Origin: Candidatus Latescibacterota bacterium
GTDB lineage: Bacteria > Latescibacterota > UBA2968 > GCA-2709665
NCBI GenBank assembly: GCA_963667175.2
Contig: CAXXXF010000002.1
Span: forward strand, 224,001 to 288,000
Length of the DNA stretch: 64,000 nt
Direction of reading: 5' to 3'
The notes beneath the pieces are model-generated. The model was not told the origin of the DNA and did not search any database. It worked only from the letters and a program-made list of their open reading frames with translations. This document shows positions 1 through 13,425 of this stretch, piece after piece (position 1 is the first letter of the stretch; each line of letters starts with the position of its first letter). Made by a program: the position numbers and the translations under genes.

Positions 1-16
1 GGAATCGGAGTTCGAC

Positions 17-3000
17 GTGATTCCCGGTGTGCTGCTGCTGCCGGTACCGGGTTCCAGGCCGGCGGGCCGGGGGGTTTACCGCTCGGAGGTGGAAGATTAC
101 GAGCCGGATGCTGAATTCTACGCCCGTGACGGCCTCTATCCGGCGGAACCGGCCGTGGTCACTCGCATTGGCGTTTTGCGGGATCAGCGGGTCGCCGGAA
201 TCTCCTTAAGGCCAATCCAGTACAACCCGGCCCGACAACAACTGCGGATCGCCCGAAGGCTGCGGGTGCGCGTACGATTCGTGCGTGACGAGCGTACCAT
301 CAGGGTTCGGGCTTCGGACGAGGGCACGGGCGGCGGTTTCGAGGAATTCTACGAGAACGCGTTGTTGAACGCGGAGCAGGCCCGGCCCTGGAAGGGCCGG
401 GCCGAACAACCCGACGGGCCGCGCAAGCTCCGGATCGCGGAGGGCCTGGATCCGGCTGCCGCCTACTACAAGATCCGGGTACGGAATGACGGCCTGTACC
501 GGCTGGACGCGAACTGGTTTCGCGATGCCGGCATTGCGCTTCAGGCGGGAGATCTGGTGCGATTGAAAGTCTTCCTGAACGGTCAGGAAGTGCCCTTGGA
601 CGTGCGGGACGATGGAGACGGCGTGCTGCGCGAGGGAGAGGGCGCAATTTTCCATGGGGAGTATCGCCGCGCGCCGGATCGCGACTTCGAGAATGAACTC
701 GGACGCGAACACGTCTACTGGCTCACGCTCGACGGCCGACCCGGGCGGCGATTTGAGCCGGTGGACGGTTCGCCGCAAAACGGATTCCCCGCAGCCCTTC
801 GATTCACCCACCGGGCGCATGCCGAGGTCGATTCGCTCTATGATCCGCTGGGAGATGCCCCCGACGTAAATCGCGACCACTGGTACTGGGGGCGGACCGG
901 ATCGCCGGTCAGGCAGGGGACGAATGTCCTGAACCCGGATGGTTTTCCCGTGACCGTACCCGTCGCGCTGCCCGGGTTGGACCGGGCTGCGGAAACGATG
1001 GCCCGCGTTCGGGTGGGTATGCACGCGTTGACGTTCAGACGGCAGTTCGAACCCGATCATTACACGGTTGTGCAGCTTTCGAACGGCACAGTTGTGGCTG
1101 ACGACAGGTGGGATGGAAAGCGTGCGTTCATCGCCGAAGGGGCGGTACCGGTCTCGGATCTGGACGAGACGACCCGGGTGACCCTCGCGACGCCCGGCGC
1201 TCCGGATTTCCCGGCTGACTACATTGAGCACGTGTTGTTGAACTGGGTGGAAATCGAATATTCCCGGCGGTTCGAATGTGTGGAGGGCGCGCTGGATTTC
1301 GTGCCGGACGCAACCGACGAGGGCCGTGCCTTCTCGATCTCCGGGTTTCGAACGGCCGACGTTTTCGTCTACGACGTCGCCGGGGAACGGAGGATCCGGG
1401 ACATTCAGGTAACGCCGTCGGAGGTGGGATTTCAAGCCCGGTTCGAACTGCCGGCCGTATCCGGACGCTTTGTTGCGATGGACTCGGAGGCCATTCGGCG
1501 GGCGCCGGCCGGGGAGGCGGCCGAAGTGCCGGCGTTCGGAACCGACGGGGCCGACTACGTGATCGTCACCCACCCGCGGTTTCTCGAGGCCGCGGAGCGC
1601 CTCGCCGATCACCGCCGTGAACAGGGGTTGCGCGTGCAGGTCGCGGACGTCACGGAGATTTACGACGCGTTCTCCTTCGGGCATTTCGAACCTCATGCGA
1701 TCCGTCGATTCATGCTGCACGCCTGGGAGCACTGGGCGCGGCGACCGACCTATCTCCTTCTATTCGGTCCGGACAGCTTCGACTACCGGCGCAACTTCCA
1801 CGAATCCGCCATTGAGCGGCACGTGGATACGTCTCTGGTTCCCTCGCTTCCCTTCCAGTCCGTGAGGAGGGGACTGGCGTACTCGGACCATTTTTTCGGC
1901 GCCGTAGCGGGTTCTGAGGACGACCTGTTCCAGGATGTTTTCGTGGGCCGGCTTCCGGTGTCTACCCAACGGGGGGCCGCGGCCCTGGTCCGCAAAATCG
2001 CAGCCTATGACAACGCGCCGCATGACCGGTGGCGGGACCGGGCGCTGTTTATGGCCAACTACGATCCGTTGTTGATCTTCACGTCCCCCAGTGACCTGCT
2101 CTCGGCGAACTACACCGAGCCGCTGGGGCTGGAATCGTTCAAGGTCTACAACGATGAGGACGTCGGACCTGAACCCAATGAGGACACGGGCGAAGTCATC
2201 CGGCAGATCAACGAGGGGCGGCTGCTGGTGAATTTCCTTGGTCACGGAAGCGTTTCGGGAATGGCGCGGTTCCTGAGAGGAAGTTCACAAAGAGAAAGCT
2301 ATAACTATATGCGTCAGATCGTCAATGCGGGTCGATTGCCGATTGTGGTGGCGCTGTCCTGCCTGAACGGACAATTCTCGGATCCGAGGTTCACGTGCCT
2401 GGCGGAGGAGATGACCGGGAAAGCTGACGGCGGCGCCATCGCGTATATCTCGGCTTCAGCTCTTGCGGCTGTCATCACCAACGACTTCCTGAACGACCGC
2501 CTGTTTGCCGCGTTCTTCAGAGACGGCGTCCGGGAATTCGGCGCCGGTCTGGCCGTTGCAAAGGCGGCGCTGGATACGCGGTTCCCCGAGTTGAAAACGC
2601 TTACCCTTGGCATACAGTTGATTGGAGACCCCGCACAGGAACTTGCCATATTGCCCGAACCGGACTATCTGCTGGATTCCGGAAGCCTGAACGTTGAGCG
2701 GACCGCTCAATTAACTGTGGATGATTCGGTTCGGATCGCGATCCGGATCGAAAACATCGGGATCACGCCTCGCGCGGGGCCCGAGGTTGTCCTGGTGGAT
2801 CGCAATCTGGATCGGGCAGAGGCAGATACGCTGTTCGCGGGCGTTTTCCCCGCCTTCGGCCAGTCGGACAGCACAGCGGTGACGTGGCGGCTGGCAGGCC
2901 GCGCCGGGAGACACGCGCTTGCGCTCACCGTGGATCCGGACGATGAGATTCCTGAGTTGGATGAAGCCAACAACCACGTGGAGGCCGAGTTGGACGTGGT

Positions 3001-5470
3001 CGGTAGCCTGTCGGCCGTTCCCACGATGCCAAGGCAGAGCCAGGTGGTACCCGTTTCGGGGGTGCGGCTGGCCGTCCGGACGGGAACCGGCGCGCGGGAC
3101 GCGCACGGAGAATTCGAGCTGAGCGGTTCGCCTGCGTTCGACGGGCCGGGCGTGATACGTTCCGGATCCGTTGCGGGGCGCGCGGGGCTCGTGTTGTGGG
3201 GAGCGCCGGAACTGGCGCCCGGCACGTACTTCTGGCGGACCCGAGTCCGGGAGGGTGAGGAATTCGGGGCCTGGTCCGCCACGATGGACTTCAGCGCGCA
3301 GGCCGTTGCGCCCGCGCGAGAGATCGTCTGGCAACAGGACGCCGCCGGCGCGTTCAGGTGGGCTGCCGGAACAGACGTTCGGCTGGCGGATGGCGCCATT
3401 TCGCGGGTGGTCGACCCGCCCCCGTTGCGGCTGAACGCGGACATGCGGGAGGAGGCGTTCGCGGCCGAGGGCGTGCGGGGCGCCGGCGTGTTGTGTACGG
3501 ATGGCGCCTACCTGTACCTGAACCGGTTCTATTCCCCGACCACGGACTATCCCGGGACCGATATATTCGAGCGGATCGGCACAGGATACGGGGGCACTCG
3601 AGCCGGACAGAATCACGGCGCGCTTTCGGAAACGCCCGTGCTCGGCGTTTCGGCAACCTACCATGGCGACGGGTTTATCTACGCCGACAACCGCCGCGGC
3701 CGCGAACTCTTGCGTATCGCGCCCGCAACGGGTGGTATGGACCGCGTGAGGGTGCCGGATGGGTTGATGGAGTTTCGAACCGGACTGGTATTCGACGGAC
3801 ATTCGCTGATCACGTCGGACGGAACCTACATTTACAACCTCGCGGCAGCGGTGGACGGCGTGCAGCGCGCGGGCTGGTCGGTGCGCGTGTTCGATCCGGC
3901 GGAGGACTGGAGGCTGGAGCGCGAATTCACCGTAGCGCCCACGGAGACGGGGTTTGCCTATCTGGTCACGGACGGTGTGATCGCGGACGGAAGATACCTG
4001 TATCTGATCGAGTTTGGCACCGGACTGACCCACAGGGTTCGGGTGGTGGATGCCCGGAGCGGCGAATTTGTCGAAGAGTACGACAGCGACCAGGCGGAGA
4101 CCGATATCCTGACCGGCCAGTACGACTGGATCAACAACAAGGTGTGGATGGGCCAGCTGAACGGCCCGACGGTCTTCCGGTACGCGGGGAAAACGTTGCC
4201 GCCGTATGGGACGCTGGTATCTGAGGCGATCGGTCCGGCCGGCGCATGGCACGGCCTGGCGCTCGACGTTCGCGAGGTGACCGGCGGACGGGTTGAGGTG
4301 GATATTCTGAGCGCCACGCCGCCCGGTGGATTCGTCCCGCTTGCCGAATGGAGCGGCCTCGAGGCCGACGACGAGATCAATCTGAGCGATCTGAGAGATC
4401 ACCGCATCCGGATTCGGATCCGGCTGTACGGAGAGGAACTCGGACCGTCCGCCGGATTCATCGGCTGGCGGGTAACGTACCGGCCTCAGTCCGATCTTGT
4501 TCTGTCCGGGCTGCAAGCGTCGCCCCTCGAAGTCGATGAACTGGATCCCGTGCGGCTGACGGTCCGGGCCCGGAATATGGGACCTCTCGATCTGGTTCCC
4601 GGGGCCGTGGTGGCGTTTTACAGCGGCGCGCCCGAAGACGGACGGCTGATTGGAAGGGCGTCGGTTCCCGAAGGAACCCCCGCCGGTGAAACGGCTTCCG
4701 TGTCCCATGTCTGGAACACCGCGAGATTTGCGGGGACGAACGTCGTTACCGCCAGGCTGGAGGATCTCTCGGGCGGCCGGAGCTATTACGCGAGAGAGAC
4801 CACCGCCGAGAAGGCGGTTGAAGTCCATCCAAGCGACGATCGGGCGGGTCCTGAACTGGATCTGGTCGCTTTGGACGCCGCAGGTGAGGTGCGCCCCGAC
4901 GACTTTCTGCCGTCGACGCCGAAGTTCTCGGTGGCATTTCGGGATTCGAGCGGGATTGACGACAGGTCGGTGCGGATCGTCCTTACGGGACCAGGCGATG
5001 AAATCTCGGACGGACTGGCCTCGGACCGGGTGGCCGACCGGAAAGAGGATCCGACGTCGTTGCGATTTACCTGGTCACCGCGCCTGGATGACGGACGTTA
5101 TACGCTTGCGGTTTCCGGGACGGATCTCCTGGGCAACGGCCCGGCCGAAAAATCCGTGGCATTCCAGGTATCTTCGGACCTCGCGATCCGGAAACTGCTG
5201 AACGTACCGAATCCGACCGCCGACGCCACGGACTTTACGTACATTCTGTCCCGTCCCGCGGACGTGAGCATCCGCATCTTTACGATTGCCGGGCGACTGA
5301 TCCGGAAACTGGATGGCGTTCCGGGGCGGGCGGGATATAACCAGGTCCATTGGGACGGCCGGGACGCCGACGGGCAACTGCTGGCCAATGGCGTCTACCT
5401 CTATACGGTCAGCGCGGACGACGGCCGGAAACGCGTGCGTGAGAAAGAGCGGTTGATCGTATATCGATAG
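17..5470 (+). CDS. C25 family (gingipain/PorU-like) cysteine peptidase with CARDB/Ig repeats and C-terminal FlgD/T9SS-like sorting domain; probably 5'-truncated by the window edge
   Basis: Propeptide-like N-terminus, DYVIVT, VGRLP, FLGHGS and SCLNG catalytic motifs, IGDP, DPDDEIPELDEANN (CARDB), C-terminal NVPNP...WDGRD...LANGVYLY. Confidence 0.85.
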   Translation: MIPGVLLLPVPGSRPAGRGVYRSEVEDYEPDAEFYARDGLYPAEPAVVTRIGVLRDQRVAGISLRPIQYNPARQQLRIARRLRVRVRFVRDERTIRVRASDEGTGGGFEEFYENALLNAEQARPWKGRAEQPDGPRKLRIAEGLDPAAAYYKIRVRNDGLYRLDANWFRDAGIALQAGDLVRLKVFLNGQEVPLDVRDDGDGVLREGEGAIFHGEYRRAPDRDFENELGREHVYWLTLDGRPGRRFEPVDGSPQNGFPAALRFTHRAHAEVDSLYDPLGDAPDVNRDHWYWGRTGSPVRQGTNVLNPDGFPVTVPVALPGLDRAAETMARVRVGMHALTFRRQFEPDHYTVVQLSNGTVVADDRWDGKRAFIAEGAVPVSDLDETTRVTLATPGAPDFPADYIEHVLLNWVEIEYSRRFECVEGALDFVPDATDEGRAFSISGFRTADVFVYDVAGERRIRDIQVTPSEVGFQARFELPAVSGRFVAMDSEAIRRAPAGEAAEVPAFGTDGADYVIVTHPRFLEAAERLADHRREQGLRVQVADVTEIYDAFSFGHFEPHAIRRFMLHAWEHWARRPTYLLLFGPDSFDYRRNFHESAIERHVDTSLVPSLPFQSVRRGLAYSDHFFGAVAGSEDDLFQDVFVGRLPVSTQRGAAALVRKIAAYDNAPHDRWRDRALFMANYDPLLIFTSPSDLLSANYTEPLGLESFKVYNDEDVGPEPNEDTGEVIRQINEGRLLVNFLGHGSVSGMARFLRGSSQRESYNYMRQIVNAGRLPIVVALSCLNGQFSDPRFTCLAEEMTGKADGGAIAYISASALAAVITNDFLNDRLFAAFFRDGVREFGAGLAVAKAALDTRFPELKTLTLGIQLIGDPAQELAILPEPDYLLDSGSLNVERTAQLTVDDSVRIAIRIENIGITPRAGPEVVLVDRNLDRAEADTLFAGVFPAFGQSDSTAVTWRLAGRAGRHALALTVDPDDEIPELDEANNHVEAELDVVGSLSAVPTMPRQSQVVPVSGVRLAVRTGTGARDAHGEFELSGSPAFDGPGVIRSGSVAGRAGLVLWGAPELAPGTYFWRTRVREGEEFGAWSATMDFSAQAVAPAREIVWQQDAAGAFRWAAGTDVRLADGAISRVVDPPPLRLNADMREEAFAAEGVRGAGVLCTDGAYLYLNRFYSPTTDYPGTDIFERIGTGYGGTRAGQNHGALSETPVLGVSATYHGDGFIYADNRRGRELLRIAPATGGMDRVRVPDGLMEFRTGLVFDGHSLITSDGTYIYNLAAAVDGVQRAGWSVRVFDPAEDWRLEREFTVAPTETGFAYLVTDGVIADGRYLYLIEFGTGLTHRVRVVDARSGEFVEEYDSDQAETDILTGQYDWINNKVWMGQLNGPTVFRYAGKTLPPYGTLVSEAIGPAGAWHGLALDVREVTGGRVEVDILSATPPGGFVPLAEWSGLEADDEINLSDLRDHRIRIRIRLYGEELGPSAGFIGWRVTYRPQSDLVLSGLQASPLEVDELDPVRLTVRARNMGPLDLVPGAVVAFYSGAPEDGRLIGRASVPEGTPAGETASVSHVWNTARFAGTNVVTARLEDLSGGRSYYARETTAEKAVEVHPSDDRAGPELDLVALDAAGEVRPDDFLPSTPKFSVAFRDSSGIDDRSVRIVLTGPGDEISDGLASDRVADRKEDPTSLRFTWSPRLDDGRYTLAVSGTDLLGNGPAEKSVAFQVSSDLAIRKLLNVPNPTADATDFTYILSRPADVSIRIFTIAGRLIRKLDGVPGRAGYNQVHWDGRDADGQLLANGVYLYTVSADDGRKRVREKERLIVYR

Positions 5471-5729
5471 GGGAGAAACGGCGGAAGAGTGACGAATCGC
5501 GAAGGACCTGACGCCGCTCATGGACGTCGAACGGCTGCGCAACGAGTTCTTGGCAATGGGAAGCCGCGAATTACGGACGCCGTTGGCGCGGCTCTGCTTT
5601 GTGACGCACTCACCAACGGAATCCTCAATGGCCTGATCTCTCACGCCTTACAACCCCTTGCAGGTTGAGGCATCCTCTGTTATGGACCACATTGGGGTCA
5701 GCGCGCTGTGCTTGGGGCGGGCGGAGGTC

Positions 5730-6977
5730 TCACCCGGCCAGAAGGGGCCCGAGCGTGGCGATGATCTTCTTCGCGCCGGTATAGCCGAAGAAACCAAGGG
5801 TGGCGACGAGGATGGCGTTGATGATGACGTTGCTCCTGAATCCGGGTCCGACCCAGTCGGTCCTGTTGTTCATCAGCAAGAGCGTGAGCGCGACGAGTGG
5901 CAGAAAGAACGAACCCAGCACGGCGTAGGTGAGCTGGACCTCCGCCACGGAGCCCCACAGCAGGACGAGCGGCACGATCGCGAGACCGACCAGGTAGGCG
6001 CGGTAGGGCCTGGATCGCCGGACGTCCGAATTCTGAAAGGCTTCGGGTGAGACTCCTTTTCGCAGGGCGAGGAAATTCGCAAACATGTAGGGGTCGCTCT
6101 GCCAGACGCCAAGCAGGCTGGAGAAGACTGCGCCCCAGAAGCCGAGGAGAAAGGCCCACTTGCCCGGCGCCCCCAGCGCCAGTTCGAGCTGGTTCGAAAG
6201 GATGAGCGCCAGCGATGCCCCCTTCCCGTCCAGCGCCACCCGCGATCCGATGATGATCATCGCAACGCCGAACAGCGCGGTGACGGTGTACCCCACCGCC
6301 AGGTCGATACGGCAGGCTTCCACACCCTTGCGACCGTGCCTGCCCGTTTCCCGGATCCAGTATCCGTAGGACAGCAGCGTGACCGTTCCGCCCACGCCTC
6401 CCAGCACGCCGAGGGTCCAGCCCACGCCGCCTGACGGGATGACCGGAAAGAACAGGCCCTTTGCAAGGGCATTCCAGTCCGGCCCCAGCAACAGGGCCGT
6501 GAGCAACACGGTAACAAACATCAACCCGATGCACGCCGACATGAGGACTTCGAACACGCGGAACCCGCCGATCCAGACCAGGGCCAGGCCGGCCAGCGCG
6601 TGGACGATGCCCCACGTGATCTTCGACGTCGCCGGATCGCCGATGGGTAACAGACCGGCGCCCGCTACGCCGCAGGCCGTCACCAGCGCGCCGCCCACCG
6701 AAAAGCTCCAGATCAGAAGGTAAACGATAAAGACCCACTGCACCCAGGCGCCAAGGCGATGGACCCAGCCTTCCAGCATGGTGGTTCCGGTGGCCATTTG
6801 CCAGCGGGCGATGCCCTCGTTCAGGGTCCATTTGAGCAACGCGCCGATCACGGCCGCCCACGCGAGGCCAACGCCGATCTTCGAGCCGGCCAGGCTGGCC
6901 GTCAGCAGGTCTCCCGCGCCGACGCCGGTGGCGGCCATGAGAATGCCGGGAAGAATGAGAGCGGGTCTGAAACGCAC
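5730..6977 (-). CDS. Nramp-family divalent metal transporter
   Basis: About 11 hydrophobic segments; PGILMAATGVGAGDL and GGVGGTVTLLSYGYW motifs. Confidence 0.85.
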   Translation of the reverse strand: MRFRPALILPGILMAATGVGAGDLLTASLAGSKIGVGLAWAAVIGALLKWTLNEGIARWQMATGTTMLEGWVHRLGAWVQWVFIVYLLIWSFSVGGALVTACGVAGAGLLPIGDPATSKITWGIVHALAGLALVWIGGFRVFEVLMSACIGLMFVTVLLTALLLGPDWNALAKGLFFPVIPSGGVGWTLGVLGGVGGTVTLLSYGYWIRETGRHGRKGVEACRIDLAVGYTVTALFGVAMIIIGSRVALDGKGASLALILSNQLELALGAPGKWAFLLGFWGAVFSSLLGVWQSDPYMFANFLALRKGVSPEAFQNSDVRRSRPYRAYLVGLAIVPLVLLWGSVAEVQLTYAVLGSFFLPLVALTLLLMNNRTDWVGPGFRSNVIINAILVATLGFFGYTGAKKIIATLGPLLAG

Positions 6978-7096
6978 GGGGAATCCTGATTTCGGGTTGC
7001 GAGGTCACAACAGGCGATACCGGAGCTCGGCCACCTAAATAAGGAGGCGCGGGGACCCCGTCAAGCAAAAACCGCCGGCTTACACCGAAATGGCGC

Positions 7097-7125
7097 TTGA
7101 CACGTTGTCGACGGATTTCTATAAT
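7097..7125 (+). promoter_or_regulatory. Consensus sigma70 promoter for the TPR-eno operon
   Basis: TTGACA (7097-7102), 17 bp, TATAAT (7120-7125). Confidence 0.8.
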
Positions 7126-7153
7126 TCAGACACTTCCCGGAGACAGAGTCGCG

Positions 7154-9531
<2,378 letters not shown>

Positions 9532-9542
9532 GCGCCTGCATT

Positions 9543-10277
9543 TTGAAAACACCTCTGTTACAGATCGCGCCCTCCGGCGAGCGGCGATGGCTCAGCGATT
9601 CCGATCGTCGGCGCCTCCAGGCGGTTTACGACCAGGCGCCGGCCGTTTCGTGCCACTGCGACCGGTTGGGACAGTGCTGCGAACTCACGAAGGAGGAAAT
9701 GGAAGCGGATTTCGCAACCATGTATCCGCTCTATACGGTTGAGTATTTGAACATCGCAGACTACGTGCAGGACCACTTCGAGGCTGGACGACGCGACGCT
9801 TTGCTGCGGTTAACGGAGGAGCGGCCGGTGCGCTGCCCGTTTCTGACCGCCGACGGGGGATGTTCAATCTACCCGGTTCGTCCGCTGGTCTGCCGGACCT
9901 ACGGGGTGTTGAGCCGCGAAGCGGTGGAGGAAACGGCGCGCGGGGCCCGCGGTAAGGTGTCCGCGCAGTGGATCTCGTCGTTTCTGTTTACGGAACGCCA
10001 CGCGGTCTGCCCGCGTACACGCATGATGGCTCCTGAAAAACTGGCGGCGCATGCGCAGAGCATGGTTCGATTCAACTACGAGAGGGAATTGCTGACGCTG
10101 GGCCGGGAGGCGGAACCCTTTGATGAGGCCCGTGCGGCCCTGCTGTCGTCCGTGACCGGTCTGAATCGGGTGACACGATGGACCTGGGGCGGATACAACG
10201 CGCTGCTTCGGGCGCCGTTTGCCTGGCTGGAGCGACACTTTGCCGGCTATTGGCGTCGGTCCGCCCTTGCGGAATAG
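9543..10277 (+). CDS. YkgJ-family cysteine-cluster (Fe-S/Zn) protein
   Basis: CxCxxxxxCC, CPFL...GCSIYPVRPLVCRTY. Confidence 0.8.
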   Translation: MKTPLLQIAPSGERRWLSDSDRRRLQAVYDQAPAVSCHCDRLGQCCELTKEEMEADFATMYPLYTVEYLNIADYVQDHFEAGRRDALLRLTEERPVRCPFLTADGGCSIYPVRPLVCRTYGVLSREAVEETARGARGKVSAQWISSFLFTERHAVCPRTRMMAPEKLAAHAQSMVRFNYERELLTLGREAEPFDEARAALLSSVTGLNRVTRWTWGGYNALLRAPFAWLERHFAGYWRRSALAE

Positions 10278-10334
10278 CGAGACCACTCCGGCGGACGGGG
10301 CATTCGGCGGGCCGTGAACGACCCTCCCGACGAT

Positions 10335-11927
10335 TTATGGTGACTTGCCGAAGTTCCGCGCGAACATGATGAAATCTCCAAACGAGACGGCGCGGTCCCC
10401 GTCCAGATCGAACGAGGGGTCGAAGCCCGGTCTGCCCGCGGATTTACCGAAGCCCGCGGCAAATGCGACGAAATCGGAAAAGCCGACCGTTCCGCTGGCG
10501 TCGAAGTCAGCCGCCGCGGGGGCGTGGCCTTCGCGCGAGGCGAGGGAAAGGGTGTACGTGTGGGGGCCGGCGGACGTGCGTGTGACGGCCAATACGGTTG
10601 GCGAGCCGCCGTAGAGACCGATGCGCCGCCGCGCGCCGCCCGGTACGGCGACGGCAGCGACGTCGTGCCCGTTGTCCGTTTCGGAGACCAGTGTCAGGAG
10701 CAGGTCGCTGCCGCTGCCGACGTCCAGCGAAAAGCCCGGGAATCCTGACGTTCGAGGCACGAAATAGTCGATGCCCCAGAGCTGAAGGGCGCCGCCGAGG
10801 TCGTCGGCGGGAACCGGGACGGGTTCGCTTCTGACCGTCTCCAGCGTGAGGCCACGGTAACCCGGACCGCTCTCGTCGTTCACGAATACGGCTGCGGCCC
10901 AGTGAGACCAGAATTGATCGAAGCGATCGATCTCTCCGAGGGACGCCAGGGTACCGTCGAACCCGGCAATGCCGTTTTCCGGTTGGGCGACCAGCCGGGC
11001 GACGGCCGAATCGCCGTATCTCTCTGCGAAGTAGGTCGTCAGCAGAAAGGTCTGGTCGAAGAGGAAAGGCAGCAGGTTGCCGGCGGACCAGCTGGCGGCA
11101 TCCGTCAGACCGGCGTTGAATGGCACGCGATGGGCGGATTCCGGTGATTTGAGCAGGTTCGGCGCGCCCAGGAACAACTGTCCGGCCGTGCCTGTCGTGT
11201 CCTTGTATCCGCAGGCGAGTTCGGCGTATTCCGAACAGCCCTCGTCGACCCATCGGTTTTCGTCCGGGTCGGCGTTCCAGTGAAGCATGTGCTGGAATTC
11301 GTGGGCAAGGGTCGCGCGCGCCAGTTTTCCGCCGAGGTCCAGAGGATCGCTGTCGATATACAGGATTTCCCGGCCGACCGGCGCGGCCTGATTCGCGGTA
11401 TCGTAGTACCCCAGGACGTGGCCGCTCAGGACGTTGTCCAAAATGTCCAGGACAACGATCACGACGCGCGGGTCGCCATCCGCGTCGGGCGGGGGGCCGA
11501 AGATTTCCGTACCGATGGAAAAGATGCCGCGTCCGCGATGCCTCGGGGTGGACCGGTCGAATGCGCGGGCCAGGGATGCGACGGCGTTCGGCGTGACGCG
11601 GGCGCCGCTCCAGATCACGTCTTCCACGAAGACATAACAGTGCTCGCCGCGCAGACGGCACGTGGTGGTGGTGAGGTAATAGGGATTGGAACCCGGAGTT
11701 GCGCCGAAATTGTACGCACGAACGGTCAGCGGGTCGCCGACGTCAAACGTCTCGGCGGCCGTTCTCTTTGCCGCGGGGCCGGGATGGGGATGAACGGGCA
11801 GGAGGAGCGTACCGCAACGGGCCTCGGCGCCGGCGAACGCGGCGGTTGACGTCAAAAGGCAAAGTGCGACCGCTGCGGAGGCAGAACGCCAGGACCGGGA
11901 CACAGGATTGGAAATCGTCGACGTCAA
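10335..11927 (-). CDS. Secreted zinc metallopeptidase (M30/M6-like) with C-terminal EF-hand/dockerin-like repeat
   Basis: Signal peptide, TLAHEFQHM, WVDEGCSE, DFDASGTVGFSDF and DLDGDRAVSFGDF. Confidence 0.75.
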   Translation of the reverse strand: MTSTISNPVSRSWRSASAAVALCLLTSTAAFAGAEARCGTLLLPVHPHPGPAAKRTAAETFDVGDPLTVRAYNFGATPGSNPYYLTTTTCRLRGEHCYVFVEDVIWSGARVTPNAVASLARAFDRSTPRHRGRGIFSIGTEIFGPPPDADGDPRVVIVVLDILDNVLSGHVLGYYDTANQAAPVGREILYIDSDPLDLGGKLARATLAHEFQHMLHWNADPDENRWVDEGCSEYAELACGYKDTTGTAGQLFLGAPNLLKSPESAHRVPFNAGLTDAASWSAGNLLPFLFDQTFLLTTYFAERYGDSAVARLVAQPENGIAGFDGTLASLGEIDRFDQFWSHWAAAVFVNDESGPGYRGLTLETVRSEPVPVPADDLGGALQLWGIDYFVPRTSGFPGFSLDVGSGSDLLLTLVSETDNGHDVAAVAVPGGARRRIGLYGGSPTVLAVTRTSAGPHTYTLSLASREGHAPAAADFDASGTVGFSDFVAFAAGFGKSAGRPGFDPSFDLDGDRAVSFGDFIMFARNFGKSP

Positions 11928-11985
11928 GGCGTTGCCGCCCTTTCACGGCCGTTGTGATACGTCGATGCGAATCTGCGCCCGGGGC

Positions 11986-12633
11986 TCAGAACGCGTGATC
12001 GAAACCTGCGTACAGACTGCCCCGGAGACCCGCGCGAAGCTGTACGCCGGCGCCCCGCGTACGGGTCTTGCGCGCGATAGAAGCCGCGTTCAATGCGCTC
12101 GCGAAGCGGTTGAAGATAAGGCCGCCGACAAACAGGAAAGCCTTCTGTTCAGCGGAAGTGGCCTTGCTGCGCAGATCCTGAAATTTGACGCGGGAGGCTT
12201 CGGAGTCCCACTCCCAGACCTGGCCGGCGGATTCGGTCCGCAGATTCGCATGTTCGCCCGCGAGGAAGCGTTCGCGCTGGTTTCGCTCGTAGATACTCTC
12301 GAAACTACCCACCTCCTTGATGACGGACTCGGGTAGATTCCGCAGACGGATCCCCGCATGAGCGGCGGCATGGGCACGATAGGCGTCGACGCGGTACGTT
12401 TCGAGGAACCGGAACGTGGCCATTCCGGTCCACAGGATTCCTTCCGTGACCAGAAAGAAACGCCCGGAACGGGGGCCGCCGGCGTACAGTTCGCCCAGAC
12501 CGGGCAGAACGAGCGACAGCGCGGCGGCTCTGGCCGGCGACTTGCCCCTGGCGTGTCCCGCGGAAGGCGCGCCGACCAGAAGGAGGGTCATCACCGCGTG
12601 AAAGACGAAGGATCCTGGGAATCGGTGTGCCAT
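11986..12633 (-). CDS. Membrane protein (TM2/DUF5683-like), paralogue of the neighbouring gene
   Basis: KSP..A..LSLVLPGLGELYAG motif, NR.AS.LNA near the C-terminus, terminal Phe. Confidence 0.65.
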   Translation of the reverse strand: MAHRFPGSFVFHAVMTLLLVGAPSAGHARGKSPARAAALSLVLPGLGELYAGGPRSGRFFLVTEGILWTGMATFRFLETYRVDAYRAHAAAHAGIRLRNLPESVIKEVGSFESIYERNQRERFLAGEHANLRTESAGQVWEWDSEASRVKFQDLRSKATSAEQKAFLFVGGLIFNRFASALNAASIARKTRTRGAGVQLRAGLRGSLYAGFDHAF

Positions 12634-12666
12634 GCCTTACTCCTGGGAAGATTCTTCGAGCGGCGA

Positions 12667-13398
12667 TCAGAAAGCGAGGCGGAACGCCACTTCGGCCCGT
12701 TCCGGTGCTGGAAATACGGTGATTCGCAGGGACCGTGTGCGGAATGCCGCATGGATGGAACTCGCGATGCGGTTGACAACCGTCAGGCCGATGATGACGG
12801 AGGCGCGTTTGAGCAGTTTGTTGCTTTCGTTGCGCCGGTTTTCGTAGTCGATGCGCCGGCTGGAGACAACCTCGCCGTTTCCGGTTTCGAAGCCCACGCC
12901 GCGCACGTCTTTCCAGCCGAAGACAAACTGGTCGTACTTCCCGATCATCTCATAGTATTGCTGGGTGTCCACGTTGTGACAGCCGTCCTGAGCGCGTTTG
13001 CAGGGCAGGGTTTCGGTTTCAATATAGGGCGAACCCCTGGATTGGTTGTATTCCTGCCACTCGCGGTAACGGCTTTCGTCCCAGTTGCTGTCTGCAAAGG
13101 CGCGAAATTCGGCCTTGAGGTCGTTGCCCCTGCTCCGCCAGCGTAGATAGTTGAACCAGGTGAGCGCTTCGATCCCGAGAAAAACAGCCGCCCGTTTCGG
13201 CTCGCCCGCGTAGAGTTCGCCAAGACCCGGAACCACAAGCGACATCGCGAACGCCAGTTTGGGCGATTTGCGTCCGACCCGCGCGGGTTCGTCATTCTGA
13301 AGCCACGGACCTGCGCGGGAGGGGCCGTGGACGAGACGCTCGGCGGCCTGTGCGGGGAGACCAGCCAGCAGGATCAGTATCGGGATGACACGGCACAC
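12667..13398 (-). CDS. Membrane protein (TM2/DUF5683-like)
   Basis: KSPKLAFAMSLVVPGLGELYAG, QQYYEMIGKYDQFVFGW, NRIASSIHA. Confidence 0.65.
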   Translation of the reverse strand: MCRVIPILILLAGLPAQAAERLVHGPSRAGPWLQNDEPARVGRKSPKLAFAMSLVVPGLGELYAGEPKRAAVFLGIEALTWFNYLRWRSRGNDLKAEFRAFADSNWDESRYREWQEYNQSRGSPYIETETLPCKRAQDGCHNVDTQQYYEMIGKYDQFVFGWKDVRGVGFETGNGEVVSSRRIDYENRRNESNKLLKRASVIIGLTVVNRIASSIHAAFRTRSLRITVFPAPERAEVAFRLAF

Positions 13399-13425
13399 AA
13401 GAAACTCCTGACATTAAGAAAGCGA